Below, piece after piece: positions 25,343-35,641 of a stretch of 64,000 nucleotides of DNA. Positions within the stretch are counted from its first letter, which is position 1, and the number at the start of each line of letters is the position of its first letter. Under the pieces are notes generated by a model. The model worked only from the letters and a program-made list of their open reading frames with translations, did not search any database and had not been told where the DNA came from. A program made the translations under genes and the position numbers. Origin of the DNA: Tetramitus jugosus (lineage: Eukaryota; Protista; Heterolobosea); the NCBI GenBank assembly GCA_937625935.1, contig OW569368.1, positions 372,001 through 436,000 of the forward strand. The letters run 5' to 3'.

Positions 25343-25698
25343 ATGACATCATTTCAAACCATGGACGATCTGATTGATCACTATCAAAACACGGATGATC
25401 TCATCAAATCATACACTATTGACCACAACAAGAATAAAATCACAATGATGGTCGATACGATTGAAGACGAGTGCACCATTGTCATTACTCGAATCAACGA
25501 ACAACTCTTCAAGTGTACCAACACTACAATCAATCATGAGAGTGATGGTGGTGCTCATGAAGAACAAGCATCATCATCAACAGACAAGGAATATCAAGCA
25601 TCAACATTGCTGCAAGTCACTCAAAAAGTGTTGGAGGAGTTGGGTGCTGTCAGAGACAAGTTCTTGGAACAGGTATGTTGAAACTGAATTTGATATTT

Positions 25699-25734
<36 letters not shown>

Positions 25735-27694
25735 TTGCTTGGTGAACTAAAAATGTGTGACTGATCAATGTGTGTGTACATTTGAAATGTAGTACGGAGG
25801 AGATACACCATTGACAGCATCTGGAAAAAATCAATTTCAATTCTCTGATCAGATGAGTGAAGATAGTGGCAGCAATGATGATAGTGAAAATGGTGGTGGT
25901 GGTGATGGTGATGACGACGACGATGAAGAAGCAATGGAAGACGATGAAGAATTGATTGTGGATATAGATGATGATGATGATCCGTCCAACTCGCTCAACA
26001 AACAAGTCGGATTCGCACGGTCCTACTATGGCAACGACGCCTGTGCTGTCATTTATGGATTGGACAATGTGAGAGTGCGTGTCGGTGGTGAAGGATTGAG
26101 TCAATCATTGCAAATCAAGTACGGCTTATTGGTATCGTCATATTCCACGACAGAAACAACATCAGACAATAATCAAGTCGCTGTGACATCGTCAACGACA
26201 TATCAACCAACAGAAGACGTACTTTTATCGATTCAATTCGCACCAGACTACTTGCAAAATGCAAATATACCAAAAGTGCAGTACAAGCCGGAGAATGTGA
26301 ATGAGAGAAGTGGATTTGGTCAACAGATTGGAAACATGGCGATTCAATTCATTGAAAAACGATGGAAACAAATGCATGATGCCGCAGATCATCACCACTC
26401 TCACAAAACTCATCATACTGCTAGTAGCTATTGGATGCATGGAGATGATAAAATCAACGATTATGTTCATACGATTTTACCTCGAGGCATCAATTCTTCC
26501 GTTGCTGATCAGAAACAAGCAATCAAGTTGTTGATTCGGAGTAAGCGAACCAAGTTGGCGCGGGCTCTTTGTCTTTATTTGAAGGGCAACAGATTGAGTG
26601 ATGCTACAATGATGTACATGGAAGCTGGTGGTACAATTCCAGAGTCGAGTGCATTGGTCAATTCTGGAGAGTCAAACAAAAACGATCGTAACTTTATCAC
26701 TGAGATTATCACCTATCTTACATTGCGTGTGCCTTGCTGCACCTCATACTGTTGCATCTGTGATAAGAAGATTAAGATTCCATTTATGAAACCCGATGAA
26801 ACAGAGAGCAATCCTAGAATTTGTACAAGATTCAAGTGTCAGTTCGATTATGTCGAGTTGGGTGTGTGCTCAACCATACCGATTACAATCAATCCGTCGA
26901 GCTTGTCTTCCGATCTCAAGGAAAATGCTGATGTAGCTGATATTTTGATTAATATGATGATGGCTACTGCTACGTCCAACAGAAGAAATATTATCTTTGA
27001 TCCATTCCCACAACAGTACTGCAAGGGAGAAAACAGGAATTATGACGCTGTGGTGTCTGTTATGAAAAAGGTGCCCTCTGTTGCTGACATGCTCAAGCAT
27101 GCATCGTCAGAGGAAGAACTTAAGAAGTTTTTAGATAATGACGTGTATGATATGGTCAAGTGGATTCTCACGTGCATGAGACCTGCTCTTTGTAAGCTAC
27201 CAGAGAAGAGACGTATCACTGAAATGAACACTCCTCATCAATACATGATGATGGTTGACAATCCAGAGAAATCAGCAAAATTCAACAAGTGGCGCAAGGA
27301 ATATGGTTCATTCTTTGCGTTCCATGGTTCCAGTCTTGAGAATTGGAGCAGCATATTAAGAAATGGTCTAGTCAATGCCAGTAACACAAAGCTCATGACA
27401 ACTGGAGCTGCCTATGGTGCTGGTATCTATTTGGCACCTGATTCAGCCACCTCTTTGGGATATGCAAGAACCGGAAGTGCGTGGAGCAAGTCAAAGTTTG
27501 CTGGCAGCAACACACTCAAGTGTCTCTCGATTGTTGAAGTGGTCAAGCACCCTGAAGTGCCTCAAGTGCCCAACCCATACTTTGTCATCAAGAATAGCGA
27601 ACATGTCACTGCTCGTTTCTTCCTGTTTTATCCAACAGAGTTGCATGCGAACGTGGTGGCCAAGAATCTCAGTCTCACTAATTATGTACAATAA
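25343..27694 (+). CDS. PARP6/8/16-like mono-ADP-ribosyltransferase (intron 25673-25792)
   Basis: Cys cluster YCCICD...CTRFKC; catalytic FHGS.LENW.SILRNGL, YGAGIYLA, SLGY and PYFVIKN..V.ARFF. Confidence 0.88.
25701..25733 (+). repeat. (GTT)11 microsatellite in the PARP intron
   Basis: Eleven perfect GTT units, read directly. Confidence 0.95.
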
Positions 27695-27791
27695 AACGCA
27701 CACCAGAGTAAAACGCCACCAACACTCGCAACCAACCAATCTGCACCGGAAAAACTCTGGCGCCCAAAAACAATCAAACAACAACGAAAAA

Positions 27792-28616
27792 ATGCAACAA
27801 CCAAACAACAACAACAACGATCCATCATCATCACCAGAACACCACAACAACAACAACAACAACAACAAACCCATTTCATACGATTTCAAATCCGACTATG
27901 ATGTCCCATCATTTCTCCGACTCATCTCCCAATCCAATGGCCGTCTGCCCAACTATTTTCACACGAGAGATTTGGCATGTCAAGAAGCATTGGACAATTT
28001 GATGACGTATGGTGATCTATTCGGTAAAGAAGTCAATCAAATGACCATTCGATCTCACTTACTCGTCTTTTACTACTGTGTGAGTGCTCCTCTGGTGACT
28101 GAGAGGCTCAATCGGGAAATTAGAGAGTGCATTACGAGTGAGAAACACGCGGGAGAAGTGTTGCCATGCGGAGATTTAATTATGAAGGGAAAGAGATTGG
28201 CAGATCGTGCCATTGAGTTGTCGGCGCAATTGGAAGAGAAGAATCAGCGAGAGAGAGGACAGGGCAGTTTTTATGAGCAATTGTTGCGCGTGCAAAACAA
28301 TTGTTTGCCCTATTTGATCAAGGAGAAGCTGTGTAACAAGTTTTTGGATCAATGTGAGAAGGAAATGTTGGAAGTGACGCCTACGATGCGAAAAAAGTGT
28401 CTGGATCTGGAGAGAACATCGCTCGAGTGCGTCGAGAGTGTCTTTTGCAAGAATGAACAAGAAAAGTATTTGAAGTGTATGAACAAGGTGGGAGCAATGG
28501 AAGATGATTGTGCTCACGAAAAGTCTCAAATGACCATGTGTGGTGAGACGCATCAAGCTCTTGCGCGCCTCGTTAGTTTGGAACGTAATCCAGATTATAA
28601 AACACCTGCAAAGTAA
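27792..28616 (+). CDS. Uncharacterised protein with four CX9C motifs (CHCH-like)
   Basis: ATG follows a CAA-rich leader; motifs CLPYLIKEKLC, CLDLERTSLEC, CKNEQEKYLKC and CAHEKSQMTMC. Confidence 0.7.
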   Translation: MQQPNNNNNDPSSSPEHHNNNNNNNKPISYDFKSDYDVPSFLRLISQSNGRLPNYFHTRDLACQEALDNLMTYGDLFGKEVNQMTIRSHLLVFYYCVSAPLVTERLNREIRECITSEKHAGEVLPCGDLIMKGKRLADRAIELSAQLEEKNQRERGQGSFYEQLLRVQNNCLPYLIKEKLCNKFLDQCEKEMLEVTPTMRKKCLDLERTSLECVESVFCKNEQEKYLKCMNKVGAMEDDCAHEKSQMTMCGETHQALARLVSLERNPDYKTPAK

Positions 28617-28687
28617 AACCATACGAAAGATGCGTGAGTTTTATGATTCAGTACACCAATGTGCCTGAGAGTTGATGATTAGTTGTG

Positions 28688-30122
28688 CTAGAGTAGGTCC
28701 TTTGAAAGCTCATGTCCAGTCTCCTTGTCATACAACTCAGCCTCCAACCTTCGAATTTGGTCCTCCTTCTCCCGTAGTAACCTCTCTAAGTGCTCAAATT
28801 GTTGTCGCAGCTTGGTCATATTTGAATTGGCAGTAATCGTGCGAAGAATATCCTGATTCTTTGACTAAAAGTAATGGTTAGTGATTGAAAGCAATGACTA
28901 CCTTGACCAAATAGAACAAAACTAACCTTCTTCTCCAATTCTGCTTGCAAAGCTTCTATTAATTTGTTATCGGTGTTTGTCTTCTCCAACACCCTCCCTA
29001 ACTTTATCTTTAAGTCTTGAGTTGTCTTCTCTAGGGTTCTGTTCCTTGCGTTGAGTGCCTCTACCTTCAATTTGAAATCAGCTATTATTTCATTCTTTTC
29101 AACAACTTCCTTCTTCGTTTCAGCTAGTTCTACTCGAGTTTTGTGCTCTAACTTTTCAAGTTGCTGTCGATTCCTATCATCAACATCAAAAGTCGAAGAC
29201 ATGGAACCAGTGGTCGAACTAGTACTCGATTTTGGAGATGCACTCGCATTTTCATACTTCCGTTTCCATTCTTTCACTTTTGATTTTAGTAAGATTATTT
29301 GTTGTGCTCGTCCTCTCCATGAGTATAACTCTGTTTCGCTATTATCAGTTGAACCACTCATCGACTTTTCTAAGAAGTTCTCAAATTCCTCGATCTGTTT
29401 CTGATTTGATAGTACTTCTACCCCCATGACCTCTCGTTGAATAATTCCCTTCAATTTAATGTTGTCACTCTTCAATAAATTGACCTGCTGTTGAAGTTCT
29501 GCATTCTTTTGGATCAATTTGTCTGTCTTTGGCCGTGTTTTTGAGGCATCACCGGTCGTTGAAAGTGGAGACTGCCTTCCAGAAGACCTAGGAGTTGACT
29601 CTTTGTTCTTCTCTTCCTCTAATTGTTTGGTTAGTGAGTTTAGATCTTGTTCCAACTTTACAATTCTTGCCCGTTCTCGGTTCAGAGTCATCGTTAACGT
29701 TCGATTCTAATGATGAAAAAGAAACCCGTTGTCAATCATTGATGTTGATTACGTCGAAGGTAGATACTTTCACTAAAGTAGTTACCTTTTTCGCTAGGAT
29801 AGCAATTCTCTCCGTTTCTTTTGATTGAACATCGTGACCTTGGTTGCTATGATTCAACGACTCTAATTCTTTCTTTACTTGCTCTAGTTCGAACTCCTTC
29901 TCTTCTAGCTCCTCCAGCAGACTGGCGTTAATCTCTTCTAGAGTGTACTTTGATTCTTTTGCTCTGGACTGATTAATCATTCCCAGTTAGCACAATGGAA
30001 TGAGTTGTCCATCGACATAATTGTCTTCATACCTTTTTCTGAGCGAAATGAACAGTTTGTTCTTCTTCTAATTCCTCATCTAACTCTTTTGCGAGTTGAT
30101 TACTCAATAGTTCTTCATTCAT
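28688..30122 (-). CDS. CCDC13: CCDC13-like centriolar-satellite/ciliary coiled-coil protein (4 exons)
   Basis: Signature WRGRAQQIILLKSKV, spliced LAKK|NRTL, and K..TDNKLIEAL. Introns at about 29969-30032, 29707-29786 and 28853-28926. Confidence 0.78.
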
Positions 30123-30182
30123 ATTGTACCTGATAATACTTGTTTTTGGCGCGATTTGTTCCGGAAATCAAGAGACATTCAT

Positions 30183-32360
30183 TTATTGTAATGTCGCTAA
30201 TCCTCTTCGTGCACTTCGTGGTTTCTCTGATACATTAATATTTAAGATTTGATAAGGTCTGTTCTGCTCTCTCAAATATCCTGCCTTGAGGAACGAGAAC
30301 AACTCATCGTGAGTAAGGATTTGAGTTGGCTCCATCGTTTCAAATATATCTTTCAGTGAAACGAGTTCGAACCGTATTTTTGGTAAAAGTGTTATCAAGT
30401 TTTCTCGCATGTATTCGTTCGTCACTTGGCCAAGGATCGTATCACCGTTGTACACCTCAAAGACCACCAATGGTAGCAACTGATCAGCAATAGTAACCTT
30501 CTTGTCCGTGGAGTAACATCTGAGAGTCAGTCCAGCGTGTGCATACATTAAAACTTGCCGGCTCTCCTTGTCCGAGTCACCTAGGGCTTTTCCAACAGTG
30601 ATCCGAGTATCCATCGTGTCTGTTGTTTTTGGCGGATGGAGTAGAATGAAGGCTGCTCTAAATAATATCACATTCAAGAACAGTTCTGATTCGCTATATG
30701 GAAGATTGTCGTCGCTCAAAACGGATGAATACTCCTGATCTGTCTCCTCCAGCGGTGGATAGCTTGCAAAGAACGCTGAATTCTTTCCCTCAACAATACT
30801 GCGCAATGACATCTGAACAGAATTTCTGGTTTCTTTGGAAGAATTCGCATTGAGTGATCGAAGAGCAGCGATTGCTTGAATTGTTTGATTGATTCGAATG
30901 TTCCTGTCAATCGCCATTTGTACCACCAACTCTAATATAAACCTCACCATTTCTCCAAATTTCAATACACTGCAATAAATATAGAGATCAGCAGCTTCAT
31001 TGACAAAATCAAAGTTAACAATTGAACCAGTGACACAAAATTCTAACACTCTTGTGAAGACACTCACTGTGGAAATCGCCTCCACGACAGGCAGTTCTAG
31101 CTCGATAAAAGCAGAATCGATTTCTTCTCTCATCTCTTTGATCAATTGTTGGAAGTGAAGGCTCCTATTGGCCAATATTGATTGACTAGAAAATAAATAC
31201 GAGTCTTCAGCATGGAATGCAATATCATACATCACAGATGGAGCCAAATCCTTGGCAGTTAGATTAGGTTGTTTCTCTCTCACACATATATAGTTTCTCA
31301 TTTGTGATCGAAGTTGTTCAATCGGAGATGCTGAATAGTCAATCACAAACTGTTCTCTCATTTTCTTCTGTTGTTTCTCTTGCTGTTCATCGTCTGAACT
31401 CGGCTCCAAATGTCGTGACCTTCGTCGATTCACAGATCGTCTTCGTTTCTTTTGCGGCATTTTCTCCTCTTCTTCCTCATCAGAGTCCTTCACATATGGA
31501 AGCGAACTCGTTTGCGAGACACCTGCATCACTGGTGCCTGTACCTCCAATCTCATCCTTGTCCATTAAACTGCCGTCCAACTTTTTCCTGTACTTTCTCT
31601 TTCGATCCACACGAGTTTCCTTCTCAGCATCATCACTGCTTGCTTCACTCTCGTTTTGTCGTTGTTCTTCATTGTCAGAACCCTTTTCTTCCTCCTCGTG
31701 CTCTTCTTCGCTTTCACTTTCCTCTTCGCTCTCTCCTTCGCTTTCAAGATATTTGAGCGTAGTTCTTCCTCTCTTGTTTTGTGAAGCAGCAGTCGAAGAC
31801 TTCTTCTTTTTGTACGTTCTCTTTCCTCTCTCGAATCGAGTGCTCTCCTTTTGCAACTTTTTAAAATGACTGAGTGCAGCCTTCTTGTTCTTTAGTTTCA
31901 CTGTGAAACAGAACGCGTAATATCAACATCACCACACGCATGTGATTGCAAAATGGACAAAATGGATGACACATGTGTCAGTAAACCAACCAACTTACCC
32001 AATGACAAATCAACAACAACAACAACAACATTACTCAAAAAGATGCATACTAAAATAATCCAAGTATCGTCTCTTGATATCCTCCAATTTCTCACCTTCC
32101 TCTGTGAAAATAAATGGCCATCCAGATGGACCAATCGGTCCAGACACAGTCTTTGTAAAGTTTGTGGGAACATGTGAGCGTTTCATTGTGTTATCATCAC
32201 CCAACCATTCAAACTCACCATTGGCATTGACCACTGCTGAAATACCCTTGTAGGTGAATGTTTGACCTTGTTGAATAAAGTTGGAGTCAAATAAATGGAG
32301 GAGAGTCACTCGAAACGATAGTTGTTTCTTGGTGAGTAGCATTGTTGATGATGAACTCAT
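30183..32360 (-). CDS. RAMA domain - acidic/basic linker - BTB-BACK protein (intron 31901-32050)
   Basis: Exon 1 (VTLLHLFDSNFIQQG..YKG..NANG..W..SGW....GEKLEDIK) resembles the MPND RAMA domain. BTB: YDIAF..SILANRS..F..VLEFCVTG. BACK-like C-terminus: SESELF, LLPKIRF, KPR. Confidence 0.7.
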
Positions 32361-32681
32361 CTCTTCAATGCCAGATTGTCGTTTGATTAGCACAAATTGA
32401 TCTTCTGGCGCGGTTTTTTTGGCGGCGAATAAACTCGGAGTTTTTTGGGAGGATCAGAAGAAACGGAATGCACCTCTGCAGGTGTCCAATTTCTCATGTA
32501 TTAAAGGATCGATGAAGCTTCTCCTAACCTTCATGAATCAGAGAATCTCATATTTGACCTCTGATGGTTAGTGATTGATCATCAGTAGAGTTGGATTTTT
32601 CCGTTACAAAAAAAATTGTTCTACAGTAAAACAGCTCGAGCACAATTTGTGAAACACTGACACAACTCGTTCGTGTGAAAG

Positions 32682-35150
32682 ATGACTAACTCGTATGTAG
32701 TACTCTCATATTAGATCCTGTTCTCTGTCTTATAGTTCTAACATCGTAAACATCTAGCTCTTTCAGTGAAAGTCCTCGAAGTGAATTGGGATCGCAACAT
32801 GACACTCCCTCTTTCAGTAATGGTATGCTTTTCGTGAGTTTTCATCATCTTTTGAAGTGTTGGATCTAAAATTTGCTTATTTGGTTCTACAGATATCGTA
32901 CAATCAACCTTGTCTGCCATTCATCAGTTGTCTGAGTCATCTATGAGTGAGGGAGAGCCTTCCACTGGTGCAAGTGTCTATCCTAATTTAAATCTAGTAA
33001 CAAACGAGGAACAACAGAAATTCAGTGAATTTTTGAGTGAACATCGATTGAATACTCCCAGTATCAATGAAGTGTCCAAGAAAATGAAAAGGCAGTCCAA
33101 AGTTGAAGATATCTTGATCGAAACTGGAAAGATGTACGAAGTGAAAAAGGAAACGATGAGAGCTGAGTTTTATGCCAATAGCTTTGAACCCGTTATTAAT
33201 CCGGAATCAAAGATGCAAGAAAGGTAATCATTTGATGACAAAGCTCCAATTGTACATAGAATAATAACTAACGGAATTTAATATCAAAGGTATGAAAGTA
33301 TTGAGGAGAGACTAACTAAACTAGAAGAAGCCAGAAAAGAAAAGCTACAGTATATTAGAGAAAATCAAGCAGCAGAAGAGTACAGTCACTCTCCTTCGAT
33401 ATCCAAACTGGCGAAAAACATGAATAGGAAGGATGTAGATCGAATTAGTAGGGATTTCATCGCGCAAAAGGAAGCCAAGGTTCAAAAAATTAGGGAAGAA
33501 ATGCAGAAAGAGGAGATTAAGGAGGGATCTTTTTCTCCAATGTTGAATCCAAGGACCTTGAAGTTAGTGAATAGAATCAAGGCAAGGAGGAGACAAGGAA
33601 CCGAATCTAATTTGATACTTGAGCAAAGAGAGTACGAGAGAGCTCGAAAATTAGCTCAACAAGCCGAGAGAGAACCGAGATTGATCGAAGATGTTTCTCC
33701 TAGAATCACAACACAGGCAGCGCAACTGATTAGGGATGGAAGTATCTCTGATCGATTGTATGAACTCAGCTTTAAGATGTCAGACATGAAGGATGAAAAA
33801 ATTCAACAGAGAGAAGCATCCATCCATAATCTGTATGATTACTCTCCAAGAACAAAACAACCAATGCCACTGCATATCGAGGAAGAAGAGGAGAGAATAT
33901 TCAGAAGAAAATCTGACACAGTCTCTCCAACGAGAAAATTTACAGCTGCATCAGTTGACAGTATATTGAGTCGTAGTGAAGCGCTGAGATTACGAAAGAA
34001 TGCTAAAATGGAAGAGATTTTAGAAAGACAGAAAGCAATGCATCATCCTAAGATTAATCCTGTCTCAGAGGAAATCGCAGCTCGGCTTCCCGAGACTACA
34101 ATGCAAAGGTTGTTAGGAGCCTCTCCAAAACAGTATAAGCCTCAACTCTATCCAACCGAAGAGTATACTTTCAAACCTCATATTAACCCTAAGTCAAAAG
34201 AAATTGAACTAGAGAAAAGAGGTATTGTTCCGAATGACATTTCTTCAAGGATTGAAGCTATTTATCAGAGAGAAGAAAAGAGAAAGGAGAAACTTAAGCT
34301 TATGAGACAAGAATTGGAAGAAAAGGAAGTAGAAGGATGTACTTTCTCTCCCAACACAGGAAAATCTCATCAAGATCCCGTGTTTAGTCGCTCCTTTACT
34401 CAACGAGTGAGTTTATGGGAGAGAAAGAAACGAGCAAAGGTAGCTAGAGAGAGGGCAGCTGTTGTTGAAAGAGAGATGAGGGAATGTACTTTTAGTCCCA
34501 GTGTGAAGAAATCTGATTCATCGGTCAATGTCTCTAAGTCATCGATATCCATTAGTAGCAATAAGAATGAGCCGCTGGGCTATGACGAGTTTATTCAGCG
34601 ACAGAATATTGCCAGAGAGAAGAAAGAACAAATAATTAAGGGACCATGGGTCACAGGAGAGAATTGGAGGAATGCTGTTACAATACCAAAGGAATTCAGC
34701 TTTAATCAACGATCTGAAGTTAAAGTTAAGTCTTTAAAGAAGCCTGCCTCGCCAGCAGATGTAAAGAAGAGTAGGAGCTCTGTTAATGTGGACGATTACG
34801 AGGATTATCAAGGAGAATATGACTATGATGAGTCTTCCGATGAATTCGATGAAGAAGAAATAGCGAACGACGCCAACTTTGCCAACCCAACAGAGGACAC
34901 GGAATTGGATGTTCCTCCTCAAGGACTCTTTAGTGCCAAAACCAGTGTGTCTATCCTCGAACGAATGCCCAGCAATCGAATCTTCGATCGGGTTGAATCT
35001 CCCCAAGCCAAGGAGAGAAGCAAAACCGCATTAGATGTGGACTATGGATCTCCTTACGAAGAATGGCTCAGAAGAGCTCAAGCAAAGAATCTAGCCACAC
35101 CTTCACCGACCAAGTGGAAGGAAGACCATTCGTTATCTTACCTAAAATGA
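32682..35150 (+). CDS. Charged coiled-coil protein with (C)TFxPxIN repeats, probably microtubule-associated (introns 32693-32757, 32823-32892, 33224-33289)
   Basis: Three GT-AG introns join the fragments in frame. Repeats SFEPVINPES, SFSPMLNPRT, HHPKINPVS, TFKPHINPKS, CTFSP twice, and TIPKEFSF. Confidence 0.7.
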
Positions 35151-35450
35151 ACTTGCTGTAAACTACCTCTCATACGCGATAGTCTCTCTTTATCAAAGGA
35201 ATTCGCTTGCAGCTGACGAGAAGGAAGTCCTTCTCGTATTGTCCGAAAGCATTTGATTCCCGATTAAGGCGTTTTGGGCATTTTTTACGAGTCCTGCGGC
35301 TTTGGAATTCCGTTGGAAGAGCTGAAAGTAACCCGAGGAAGAAAACTGAGAGCACGTAAATAACGGGCTTTCCAAGTGACTGCATCCATAGATGCTCTTT
35401 TCCCTTTCGTCCTGGGCCATTTCTTGCCTCGGAACACCCAATCCCCGTTG

Positions 35451-35486
35451 CAACAAACAACAAACAACAAACAACAAACAAACAAA
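35451..35486 (+). repeat. (CAACAAA)n tandem microrepeat upstream of the MFS gene
   Basis: caacaaa caacaaa caacaaa caacaaa caaacaaa, read directly. Confidence 0.85.
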
Positions 35487-35641
35487 TTCACAAGATTCTC
35501 TTTTACATCTTTTGTTGTGACATCCATACCGTTGCTGTCCTGCCAAACAACAAAACAAACACCCAACTTTTTTTTGTCACTCCATCATATTTATTTATTC
35601 GCTCACTTGCTGCCCACTTTCGCGCATTGCAATGATCTGAC

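Noticed and set aside
27414-27791. N-terminal extension of the 400-aa ORF overlapping the PARP 3' end
   Set aside because: It is an alternative-frame overlap; the ATG at 27792 after a CAA-rich leader is the plausible start.
35213-35252. Hammerhead ribozyme (CTGACGA followed by a hairpin)
   Set aside because: The required GAAA does not follow stem II directly, and stems I and III cannot be formed.
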